A stretch of 63,992 nt of DNA, counting the filler, from Intoshia linei (taxonomy: Eukaryota > Animalia > Orthonectida), in NCBI GenBank assembly GCA_001642005.1. It is 3 parts of 3 records of this genome, joined end to end, with 100 filler letters (N's around TTAATTAATTAA, not from the genome) between each part and the next. Parts side by side here need not be neighbours in the genome. Positions count along the whole stretch, not along the records: positions 46,043 to 63,992 come from LWCA01000791.1; 2 more parts are not named here. The stretch is one strand, 5' to 3'. Both the position numbers and the translations under genes were made by a program. The notes under the pieces were generated by a model. It saw only the letters and a list, made by a program, of their open reading frames with translations. It ran no database searches and was not told the origin of the DNA. Each line of letters starts with the position of its first letter. Positions within the stretch are counted from its first letter, which is position 1. Shown here piece after piece: positions 50,862 through 63,263 of this stretch.

Positions 50862-53800
50862 ATGAAAATTATATACGGTGCATTGTTTATATTCTTGTGG
50901 TTGCCAAATCGATTTAATGCTGAAGGTATTTGATATTTAATAGTTATTAGACATATGACTAATTCAAAAAATAAGTTAACTATAAATGCATGTACATTGT
51001 GCACGTGTATGTTGAAAAAATAAGTATATATATATGAAATAGTATAGTAATTTCAAAATTCGTCAAAATACACTCAAAAAGACATACGCAATAATTGGAA
51101 AGCTTTATTTTATATATTTTAAATTCTAAAAAGTAGTTTTTAAGTCAAAATTTTCATGTACAAAAGGTCCCAGACTCTGCTTGATTTATAAAATAAATGA
51201 ATATAAAATATATGAATTCAAACGACCACGTAGTGGGAAGATTATAATTAATAATTTTTAGATAAGAGGAATAATTATAATTAAACGATGGGTTGAAGGA
51301 TAACAATAAAATTGAATATAATATTACTGATATTGATAAATAATTTTAATTTGAACAGTATTATAAAATCAGTAGTATAAAAATTCACTTAGGGATAGGA
51401 GATATTCAAGACTTGGTTCGCCTGGATGGTCTTTAATAAATTGTACTAAAGCTTCACGCATATAGACGTATTTTTCGTTTTTTTCAAATTTTTGTTGTTT
51501 CTTAATCTAATTTATTATTATTTATTTTATTATGTTTATATTTAATTAACTTCGATAGATGTATCGGTTTAACATCAACTTTGGCATTACTATAACAAAC
51601 ACGTTTATCAGTATTTAGTTGATTGATGTAAAATATCATATCTTTTTGACATAACCATTTATATTTTTATTAGTTATATCAACAACTATTTTCATTGTAT
51701 TTACGAAATTTGCCTTGTTATCCTTCAAATACTTTTAATACCTTTTCATCAACTTCAGTAGACTAGCCTTTAGTTGCTGTTTTGTAATACGTGAAATCGA
51801 AAGTTTTTTCCAAAGTTCGATAAGCTTAATTGATACTTGTCCAGCACGTTCACTTTTTTCCTATATACTCTTCATTATGAAATAGTCTTCCGAGTAACTC
51901 ACTGTTCGCAGGTAATTTATTAAAATCGGCAGACGATATATAAATAGATTCAATTAGACCTCTTAATTTAATTCGTTTATGAAAAGGAACTAGATTGTTT
52001 GACCATATTTCACTAGTTCCTTCTATTGCAGATTTAGATTTCTTGTACATTACAGAACTCAAATTAATTTTAGTGTCATTTATTAGTATTAGTAACCATT
52101 GAAAAAATAAAATTATTATTCTGTGATAATATTGACTAATTGCGTATGCTATTTCAGTATTTTTAAAAAAATAATTATAAACATGTGTTAACAGTACAAT
52201 TCCTCACAAAAATTTGGTACAGGACATTTAAATTAGAAATAGTCATATGTCTAATAGTTATACAAAAATAACTCATACAACCCCTTATTTCAATGTTTAT
52301 TTAGGCAACATGTCCTTTCGTAAAATAATGTATAATTACATAATGCATTAATATTGTATGAAATCGTGCAGTAAATGTTTAACACACTTTAAGTTTTACT
52401 ATTGAAATCTCTAAATACAATTGTAACGATAGTTCGAGAATGATAGATAATTTAAATGTATACGTTTACCAAATAAGTTTGTTAGATTAGTTTTAATTAT
52501 GCTAATATAAAATTTTGATTTGATCTTTTTAAAAATAGCTTTTAGTTGTTAATATAAGGTTACGCGATGTAATTGGTTGAGAATCACTGGTTTAGCCTGA
52601 ATATATATGTATGTAATATTGATTAATTTTGTTTTGTAGACTTTCCGCGAGGGCCATTTATTATACCATCAAATAGCAGTAGCTGTAAAAAATATGATGA
52701 CGATTGGTTAGAAGGTAATAGCTGACATATATTTAAAATAATAATTGATTAATCGATGGTTACAGGGATTGGAAACAATTAATTGCAATCAATTATTTTG
52801 TATAAACCAATTAATTATTTGCTAAATATTAATTTTTCAATTAATTAATTAATATAAAATAATTGCAATTAATTGGTTTTTTTCATATAACTGAACAAAT
52901 ATAAATTGAATCCTTTTATTGACGAATGGTTGGATGAAAAAATTAAATGAACAGAAAAATGATGTATTTAACCTAATAGCTTGAATTTTATGTACTTCGA
53001 ACAAACAGCATCCTAGTATTCATTATAACCACATGACAGTTTTTTAAAAATGATTATGATATTGTTATCAATTCTCAATTAATTGAAATTTTTTATTTTT
53101 CATAAAGCAATTAATTGGAAAATGTTTTTTCATCTTTTAATTAATTGAAAAATAATATTTGAACAAACAATTGATTATTTTTTAATAATTTTTTTCAATT
53201 AATTACAATTAAATTTGTTGCAATCAATTAATTCCAATCCCTGGATGGTTATCCTCATTATAGTCGTTTTAAAACGTATAATTGATCACTACTACGGGGT
53301 ATTCCTCGATAAAATTTTATATAATTTTATACACGGTGCAAGAAAATAAAAAATTTTTTAATATAAAATAAATAAGCGCTATCAATAAATAATAAGATAA
53401 ATTTATTATTAATCTACTCGCCACCGGGATCTTCTCGATCTATAGTTTCACATCGTTAAACTATATTGATTTATACCTGTCAAATGATTATTTTGGTAAA
53501 AAATAAATGTCATCTGGAAATGCCAATTTATATTGACTATGCAATATGAATATTATGCTAATTTCGCCAAAGTAGTTCAACTAGTTGAATAATTTGACAA
53601 AAAATGCATTAAAATCTTAATATGTGTAACATAAATTGTATCAATTTAATTATTATATTAAATTATAATAATATTTTTTAAATTGTAATAATAATATACA
53701 ATATGCACTATAATTTAATGTCAACAAAATTCATTTGGACACTTGTATAACTATTTTTGTAATATTAGTCACTTGATACTCTCCACCTTAAATGTTTTTC

Positions 53801-56800
53801 GACCTGTTAAAAACTGATAAAACGTCAACTTTAAATTCAACGTACGTATCGACGTGCATAAATTGATATAATCGTGATACGTTGACAGTTGATGAGTGAG
53901 TCATAAGTGGTAAAATAGTTATACTATCAGCATATTTATTATTATTATAAACCCAGCATACTTTTGACCATTTAAATTTAATATTTAATTAATTTATGAA
54001 TGTATTATATAGGGGAAATTGATTTTAGCATTGGTTATACTCTTGAAACATATACAAAAAAGAACAGTGTTTCTCACGTGAATAATTATAAAACAAAATT
54101 ATATTTTTGTACAAAATATAAAGCAACAGGTGAAAGATGGGGAAGTGGAAATTATTGTACACTGCAACGCTCATCCAATTGTCCATTTGATTTATCCCAA
54201 AGTTCAATACAATGGGGCTTAGATAATGCTTTTACCTATATAGTTTCATTAGTGTTTATAAAATACTATGTACTGCCATCTTCAGGTTTATTCAATAAAG
54301 CATAAATAATATTTAAAAATAATATATGTATGTCGTACAATGTATTTCATATTTATGATAAATCTATAATATATTTATTAGAGGTTCACACTACCGTTTG
54401 TATTGTTAGTATAACGGTCTTTGTATTATGGTCATTCAATTTATTTAACTTTATAATAGAAATGTTTCATTTGCTCTCAACCATTTTTTGTTGTAATCGC
54501 CCCAACCCTAATACATAAATCGCAAATACTAACTGTTTTACATACTGTTAATAAAATACAGTCGAAATAAAAAAAAGTAAATATTAAAGTATTTTTTTAA
54601 TCGTGAAGGCGTCACTTTTTCATATTGAAATTTTTTGTGTGTGTTCACCAGAGATTGGAAATAATTGATTGCAATCAATTATTTTGTATAAACCAATTAA
54701 TTTTTCAATTAATTGATTTTTTTGCAATTAATTGGTTTTTTCATATAACTGAAAAAATATAAATTAAATTCTTTTATTGACGAATGGTTAAATGAAAAAT
54801 TAATTAAAATGTTTTTTGTAGTTCAAAAATTAAATTAATAATTATAAACTATAATTTATAATAATATAGTATTAAGGTGTCAAGTTGACACTGTCAACAC
54901 TAATTTCCAAATTCACAGTAATAAATAAAATAACTAATATGAAAATATTTTCTAAATACTATTTTGCAAATAAAATATAATGCAACTAAAATAGTTTGAC
55001 ACTGTATAATAAAATATCAACAACATTTTATTATTCTATGCAATTTTAGAAAAATAGAAACGCGTTTGTCACCAGAAAAATGATGTATTTAACCTACTAA
55101 CTTGACTTTTATGTACTTTGAACAAAGAGCATCATATTATTTATTATAACTACATGACAGGTTTTTAAAAAGATTATAATATTGTTATCAATCTTCAATT
55201 AATTGAAATTTTTTATTTTTTATAAAACAATTAATTTAGAATATTTTTTAATTTTTCAATTAATTGAAAAATAATTTTTAACAAACAATTAATTGAATAT
55301 TTGTTAATAATTTTTACCAATTAATTAAAATTAAATTGATTGTAATCAATTTTTTTATAAATTCCATTATTTATTAATTATTCACCTATAATTATATATT
55401 AATCACCATTATTAATTGTTTTTGTATGTATATATTGATCTGTACTGTTAAGATGTCAAGACTAGCATACCCTACATGCCCTGCCATATAACTTAATTTT
55501 AACTTAAAAGTGAATCTTTGGGCAACATAACGGGAATATGATTAATTTCAAGAATTAAGATGCATTTAAAGATGAATTTATTTATATTTTAGGTTCAATA
55601 CCACAAGGATTCTACTCTACATCTAGAATTAGAATCAATTTTTGTTGTTCGAGAGGCAGCAACAACGACATTATAGAAATAGATTCAGATGAATTTTATT
55701 TGATCCGTAAGGGTGGTAAATGTCAATATGTCAAAAACATGACATCTGAAATTCACTACATCAAAATAAAAGATAAACACCACGTTTATGGTATGGTCAG
55801 AGATATTACAACATATGGAAGTAATCTGCCTGATTATGGAACGAGGGATGCTGGAGAATTCGTATTATATTTATGCCATTACACGAGTATGTACTATAAA
55901 ACTATATTTATTTATTTTTAGAGAAAAAGATAGATCCAGCCGTGACCGTTTCGCCAATCAAACCAGGTGTACCTGATTGGATTAATGCGCCTATTCAATG
56001 TGGGTTATATCTTATCATAAATAATATTGTTTAGCTTCTTTGCCAAAATACATTATAATTAGTACTGTAATTATTGGAATAATAATTTTACTGATGATAA
56101 TTGTAATCGTAATAGTGTGGTATGTTATCCTTTACTTATATAAAATTAATTATAAAATAATTGATCTGACTGACGGAGTACTCAAACTTAAACATACATT
56201 TATACAGTCATTATCTCTAATAAATTTAAAAAAATCGCATGACCTAATTTTTGCTAAAGGTTTTTACACAAATATTAACAAAATAGTATCAAATAAATAA
56301 TTCTCGATAATACATTATATAGATATCACAATATTAATATATTAAATATTAAATTGAAAATATATAAAATATATATATATATATATTTAAATATATTATA
56401 TTTAATTTGATGTAAATTTAATGGTCCATGCTTAAATAAGTTTGGGAACCACTCCTTCATTCAAAATGCATCAAAGAAGGAAAAAATATGTATTACAGAT
56501 ATTTAAAATTTTATTTTTTATGGGAATCATGTTTTTATCACGATTTTTTGGATTGTATTTATAATTTAGCTTAAAAAAAAGTAATAAACGAGTAATCGAA
56601 AATACATGTAGAAAAAGTGAATCTGGACCAGATATAAATTTAAAAACAGCAACAGAAAAACCAAAGGAATTAGAAAATATATCTAAATCAAAAGAGGCCG
56701 CTGTAAACGAAGCTGAAGGTGATAATGTGCCAACTACGTCCATAGACAACATTCGTGTGCTTGACAGAAAAATTGAAATATCAAATAAAGAATTACCTCC

Positions 56801-56816
56801 AGCATACAATGAATAA
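50862..56816 (+). CDS. Type I membrane protein with an extracellular ApeC (apextrin C-terminal) domain and a cytoplasmic PPxY motif, 7 exons
   Basis: Exons 50862-50925 (signal peptide MKIIYGALFIFLWLPNRFNAE), 52640-52714 (FPRGPFIIP...W..G), 54013-54285 (FCTK...WGSGNYC...CP...IQW), 55593-55886 (GSIPQG.Y...INFCC...FYLIRKGGKCQYVKNM...LYLCHY), 55922-55966, 56035-56119 (TM) and 56570-56816 (...ELPPAYNE*). Phases are consistent. Confidence 0.85.
51560..52140 (-). mobile_element. Degenerate DNA-transposon-like ORF in intron 1 of the ApeC gene
   Basis: Frameshifted minus-strand reading KLPANSELLGRLF...AGQVSIKLIELWKKLSISRITKQQLKASLLKLMKRY*...DIT. It resembles the LP...W.K..I.....KL.KL N-terminus of a widespread invertebrate transposon ORF. 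Superfamily not assigned. Confidence 0.4.
52763..53243. mobile_element. hAT MITE, 481 bp; second, interrupted copy at ~54649-55350
   Basis: TIR CAGGGATTGGAA...TTCCAATCCCTG with a perfect 8-bp TSD GATGGTTA. Many subterminal CAATTAATT motifs. Confidence 0.9.
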
Positions 56817-56891
56817 CATTGAAATATGATACCTCGGCATATTGAAATCTATTAAATTTTAAAAATACCTACTATTGTGAGTTAATATATA

Positions 56892-57982
56892 CAGAACCTT
56901 ATTAGGCCACTTCGTTGCTCTGGGCTAAGCAAAGAATCGGAGACCCTTTAAAGTTTTGAGCAAAGCGATAAAAAAATTTTAGAGCCCTTTTTAAAAAACA
57001 TATTTACTGTTGGTTGGAGACTTAGAGTCTTATTTCATTGAGTTTTAATAAAAACATTAAAAGATATTATGTAGGTTTTTAGTAAATTTTATTTATTTTA
57101 CAAAAACTTACTTAATTAATTAAATGAACAAAATTTACTTTTGTATTTGAAAATATGCATCATGCAGTCACAAAAAATTCTTGACAATTTATAACAAATG
57201 TTATTTTCTCACTTTTTTCAGAGAGAAATCAGATATGATATTATCAAAACCGATATCATTCAAAATATCATTTTCAATTGACATTATAAAGAGAGCGCAT
57301 TCAAACGAGGTTGAGCTAAGCAATTTCAAAGTTATTAAAATAATCAAAAATTTCCTACTTTCTTTTTTTAAATATTCACTTAATAGAAAGGTTAATGTTT
57401 AATATTATCATTTGAAACAGTTAAATATGTCAATATTATATGATGAACATTGTAAAATATATTTTAAATTGAATTATTACCAGAACTTTGATTCTTTAAA
57501 CTATTTTCTTTTTAGCTATTTGAATTCCCACACTTCAAAACTGTTTTTTAAGATATAAATGCGAAGTATTTTTTAATAAATTGGGGACCTCTTTTTAAGA
57601 CTTAAATGTAAATTACTTTTATTAATTTGGTGGCTTTTTTTAATGAGTGACCCTGGGCTACAGCCCATATTACCCATTAGGTGTGTGATTTTTTATACTT
57701 TTTTTCGAAATTTCATGGTCCAAATACTGATAATAAAAAGATATCCAAATCTTGATTCGAATCTAGCCACGCAGAATACAATTATATGACTATAACCACT
57801 CTGCCAGTTAGACATCACAAGTAAGTTATATCAAAAGTATATATTCGAATCTAGATTAGTATGATAGCGATATATCACTACAACGATTATCATAAAACTA
57901 TTGCGCGCAACTTTATCAGTATTTGGTCCTAATTTATAAAATTTTGGAACACCCCTATAACCCATGCCTTAAAACGGCTCTG
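56892..57982. mobile_element. Putative hAT-type non-autonomous element with a nested TA-flanked MITE (~57680-57956)
   Basis: Termini CAGAACC... / ...AAAACGGCTCTG with 6/8 matching flanks (aatatata/agtatatg). The nested GGTGTG...CACCCC element splits the subterminal sequence. Confidence 0.45.
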
Positions 57983-58849
57983 AGTATATGATATAAGAAA
58001 ATAATATTCGAATAAAATCTCAAAATTAACACACCACATTTGATTTGGTTGCCATCACTGGTATATACCTATTCGTATTTTAATGTTAATAAAATTAATG
58101 TTTTCAGTTGAATATCAGATTCAGGATAGAATTTGGTTTTAAATATTTTATTTGTGATGAAAGCAACGATAGGGCAACATTAGAGTAACTATTCTTAAGT
58201 ACAGTTTAGTCTAGAACAGCGATTCCCAATGTGGGGCCTGCGGACTCAGGGGTGACCTGTTGCTTTCAGTGGGGCCTGACAAAAATTTGAAAAAATAATT
58301 AAAAAGATACATTTTTGTTGTTTTAATTTTAAATTTTTTAAATTATGGATGTTCCATCCATAATTGAAGTGAAATTGAACATTACTAATCTACATTAATT
58401 GTTCATTCATAATTACTTTCAAATTTACATTAATTGTATGTTCAAATTTCACTATTTTTTCGTGTTACATTTCATATTTTTAATATTTGATTCATACACT
58501 ATACTGTACTTACTTATTTTCTACTGTTGCGTTTTTATTATATTTAATACGTAATTAATATTTTATTATATATGATTATTATTTAATATATGAAATAAAT
58601 TTGATTTTATCTAATAAATTATTTTCATGAAAATGATTCAAATCACTAATATTGATAAACCACTATCATATTACAAACAGCTTAAAGAAAAATTTCTTAA
58701 CCATAAAAAGTTACCAACTAAGTTTAGAGACGTCCATAATAATTTAAAAAAATAACTTGAAGTTTTTTATGAAGTTTACAAAGTCTAAAAATTTACATAA
58801 CCTTGATGAGTCTCTTATTTTACCTTCCATTACAATTATATCAAAGATT

Positions 58850-59208
58850 ATGAACATTAAAGTATATTTCTTTAAAGTAACAATATTGTTTTTACTTTAT
58901 TTTTAATATTAAACACACATTCTGTCTATTAAATTAAAAAAAAGGATAACAATTGTTTTTAAAATCCTTTACGCAAATGTTAACAAACAAAAAATTAAGA
59001 TGGAATAATTCACTTTAAAGAAAAAAGTATGTGATATTATGGTTCCACTTATAACAAATTTGGGAACCACTCCTTTAAAAGATTGATAATAATAAATAGT
59101 AGGATTTTTAAGTTAGATTTTCAACGTGAATATTTTTTAAGTATAATAAAAATGTGCCCTTTGCAGAGCTAGGTCCTGTTTGTACGTAGTACATAACAGT
59201 CAACCTAG
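58850..59208 (+). mobile_element. Helitron 3' portion directly upstream of the lipase gene
   Basis: Ends GCAGAGCTAGGTCCTGTTTGTACGTAGTACATAACAGTCAACCTAG and is near-identical to the reverse complement of 19243-19600. Confidence 0.7.
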
Positions 59209-59292
59209 CGTATATATAATATGTATGTATATAGCGTATATTGACATTTGAGATTGTTTGCTTTCTTTCATTGCAACATATCAAAATATATA

Positions 59293-62200
59293 ATGTTACA
59301 AATTATTGCATCATGTGTAACTTTATTGGTGTCATTATCTGTGGCTAAAAGACCCATTATTTTGAGTAATACAATTTTTTTAATATACTAACCAAAAGTT
59401 ACTGTTTTAATTTTTTATATAGTTCATGGCATTGGCGATTCTAAAATAGAAGCTAAAGTTGATAAGCTGGACTTATCGTTATTATGTACATTATATAAGA
59501 GCAAAGATTTTTATGTCATTTGGCCTCAAAAAGCATTCCAATGGACTCTTACATCGTTTTGCATATTGCAAATATTAACGTTATTAATATTATTACTTAT
59601 TAATATATGAACAATGAATTCTAAACCTTTTTTAAACCATCGAAATTATGCGAAACAATTTAATTCTTACAATAGTATCACCCCTCTCAAAAACATTTAT
59701 CACCAGACTCTTTAATAATTTAGAAAAAAGCTAAAAATGTTGAATTTACTTTTTGTGCATTAAAATAATATATGATATTGTACAGGTGCTATTAACAAAA
59801 TCCTTGGAATTTAACAAATTTCCCTTACGTATTGAGCTATCTTCCTAAAACGGCCTACTCACATGCAAAATATTTTCATATTAAATGATATATTTTTTAA
59901 TGATCAATTTATAAAAATGAGACCCTATTGACAATAATTTCGTTAAGGCTTCTAGCCGAGCGGTATCGTAGTTTTTGTTTTCATTCATGTTTTAAGTGGT
60001 CAGTTTTTAGAGTTAAAATTTATTGACATTTGTATAGTTTTATTATAATATATGATATAATAACTTTTTTAGAATATATATAATTATATGTACATATGTA
60101 ATTGTATTTAATCTAAAAAAGTGGTCACCCGTTGGAAGTGGTCATTTTTTCAGTTTCTACTGTATAAGAAGAACATAAAACATAATATTGATTTGAAGAT
60201 GATTTATTCTTAAAATAAATTGCCCACACATTTTAGAAATCACTTAAAATTAGAGATATTACCCAAATTGGTAATCTCTGTAATAAACTTAATTTATTAA
60301 TAATAATTATCATTCATCATCACATCATATAATAATACACAGCTTAAATTTATTCATTCTTAATCAATAATTTACAATTTTAGTCTTTTCTACGAAAAAA
60401 GTAATTGGAAACGAGGTAAAAATAAAGAATTCGTTGAAACACGCATTTTTGAAAACGATTTTAGTTCATTGGATTCAATACGCAACGTAGATGGGTTTAA
60501 TCGCGGTATTTTAATTCTATTTTACAGTTGAAGTTCATATATTTTAAATGATTAAAGCAGAGTATAACATAAATATATTGTAGTTAAGTGTAAGTACAGT
60601 AGTTTATGTATAAGTGTTAATTTTTTTATTAAATTTTTAATGTTAGTTATAACACATTTTTAACCGGGAATGTGTAAATTTCTGGTATTGAAATTTTGTA
60701 TTTATATCAACTGGTCATATCTCTATCAGAATAATATTTTTTGTTTTAATTTTCGGTCGTTACTTATTTCCCATTTTTTGTTTTACATAATTTTATGTTA
60801 ATAAAATATTTCAGAAAAAAATATATAAATACTAAAATGTTTTTTTGACCGTGAAGTCGTCACTTATTCAGATTAAAATTTTTAACAGGATACAACTGTA
60901 CCACCTGCAAATTTGTTTAAATTGTAGGACTGTTTTCATAATAACAAAAAAAAAAGGTAATTTGTGGTTTTGGCTCCGAAAATATCATTTTTTAAATTTA
61001 AATTTATAATAATGTTTATGATTTTAAAATTGGTATTAGCGTATATATTTTATAAATTTTCCAACTCGTTTGATTTTCAAAAAAAAAGACAATTGGATTT
61101 TTGACTAATAAGATGTGAGTTTGGGAGGTTGAAATTTATCTTATTATCACCCGAAAAAACTGTAATTGAAATGTGGACTTTATAAAATTCTAAGACTGGT
61201 AGTTATTGAAATAAAGTGGAACACACACACACAAATAAATATTGCGTAGAATATTATATAAATAAGGATATAATAATATACATAATAATATATATTCATA
61301 TCGTTACGATTATTTAGATTCTACGTTAACAAATGTCATAAAATACTTTGAAAAACAAGGTTATGAAGGTGGAAAAGATATATTCGCAGCAGCCTATGAT
61401 TGGCGTCATTATACAGGTTATTTATGTGAATATACATTGACAAATTATTTGCATAGAGATGGTACAAAGCAGGGATGACGAACCTTTTTGACTTTAAAAT
61501 TTTTCAATGAGTGGCAATCGACTAATGAATTAACTTGCTTAATTTGAAAAATGTTTCTTATCGGAACCTATTTCAAAAAAATCGTCTTGCGGAATCCAAT
61601 AAAAAATACTTAACTAAATATTTTTATTGTGATCGTAGAAAACATTAAAATTAAAATTCGGAATAATATACGCACTTTTGCTGCATATTTGAAAATTATT
61701 GACAAAACCTAGTTTAAGAAATAGTTGACTAAGTTATTTATTAGATAACATTATCAACAAGTTACATCGCATTTATTGAAATGTATACAAATTTTATCAT
61801 TAAAATTTTAATATTAAAATAGATATCATTTTAATAACGAGTATTATTAAAATAAAAAATTAATTCTAATTTTTAATTTTGGCGATTGACTTAAAAAATC
61901 ATCTGCGATCGACAGGTTAAGCATCCCTGCTCTACAGAGTCGTAGAAAGTGGTTTTGACCTACTGATGCTAAGCTAAGCTGGACCTACTGTTTTGAATTA
62001 TAAAATGACGTTAGAAAAGATGTTCGTATGGTAAAGCGAAATTTTTTTAATCAGCAGGAAACTAGGAAAAAACTGGGTTTTATTATGGATAGACGAACCC
62101 AATAAAAATTGTGAATTTGTATATTATGGTATATTATTTTTATCTGTCTGGGCCACTGCTGGATCTCCGCGACCTTAATTGTCTTTATGATAACATTCAT

Positions 62201-63240
62201 ATTATAATACACGTTTATGATATAATTAAATATATGTACATTATGTATATTAATTTTTTGACACGACTAGACTGAGATTAAAAAAATTAATGATTTTTAT
62301 ATTTTATAATCAATATATTCATTTTTATAATCTTTTAATTAATAAAATTTATATTTAGATGAAAAATATAATAAAAAGTTACAAAAATTGGTAGAGAAAG
62401 CTTATGAACTAACTGGTGAAAAAGTTTCTTTGTTTGGACACTCAATTGGAGCCCTTTATGCTAACATTTTTATCAACTCACAATCCCCTGAATGGGTTTA
62501 TAAACATATTAATATTAACATTGCAGTTAGTGCCCCATGGAAAGGGATGATATTAGCATTGCATGATATGGCTGTAGGTAAATTTTAATTGTAATTTCAT
62601 AAGATTTTTAATATATGAATTTACAGTTTTTAAGTACATACATTTAGGAAATCATTACAATTATGCATTAAATGTGGATATAGACTGGAGAAAATCGTTG
62701 CGTAGTTTTCAAGGAAATTTGGGGTTAACTCCATTTCCAAAAAAATGGGAATCAACGGACCCAATTGTGGTAAGCAAATCTAAAAATTACACTGCCAAAG
62801 ATTTGAGTAATTTTTACAACGACATAGACTTTTTAAATGGATCAACACGTTTCAATAGTATTGTAGACATTTTCCAAAATATAGAGCCTACAAAATCAGA
62901 CAGTATGTGTTTATATGGAGATGGTCATTTAACCCTTAGTCAACTGGTATACAAAAGAGATATTTCCAAAAATTATGAATTGCCAACTTTTCGTTTCAAA
63001 AATGGTGATAACGTGACCACTCAAAACTCTCTTATGTGGTGTGATACTTGGCCGTCGGATAGATATAGAAAAGTTAGAAAAATTGAAAACAGTACTCACT
63101 ATGGTATTTTAAATAATCAAGATATGCTCGATGATGTTATGAAAACTATAAATAGAGATATTTCTAATCAGAAACTAATACTGCCAGGAAAATTAGCCTT
63201 GGTTATCAAACATCTAACACAATCCTCTAAAAGTTGTTAA
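59293..63240 (+). CDS. PLA2G15: LCAT / lysosomal phospholipase A2 (group XV)-like secreted lipase, 6 exons
   Basis: Signal peptide MLQIIASCVTLLVSLSVA then KRPIILIHG...IEAKVDK; GYEGGKDIFAAAYDWR; nucleophile GHSIG; SAPWKG; CLYGDG; GDNVT (Asp); THYGIL (His). Exons approx. 59293-59365, 59423-59579, 60384-60505, 61318-61417, 62359-62577, 62648-63240. Confidence 0.88.
60660..61268 (-). mobile_element. Helitron 5' portion in a lipase intron
   Basis: The minus strand begins A|TCCTTATTTATATAATATTCTACGCAA, followed by (TG)n and the shared internal modules. Confidence 0.65.
61470..61929. mobile_element. hAT-type MITE in a lipase intron
   Basis: TIR CAGGGATG.CGAACCT / AGGTTAAGCATCCCTG; the TSD is degenerate. 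Confidence 0.6.
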
Positions 63241-63263
63241 AGGTAAAGTATAATAAATATTTA

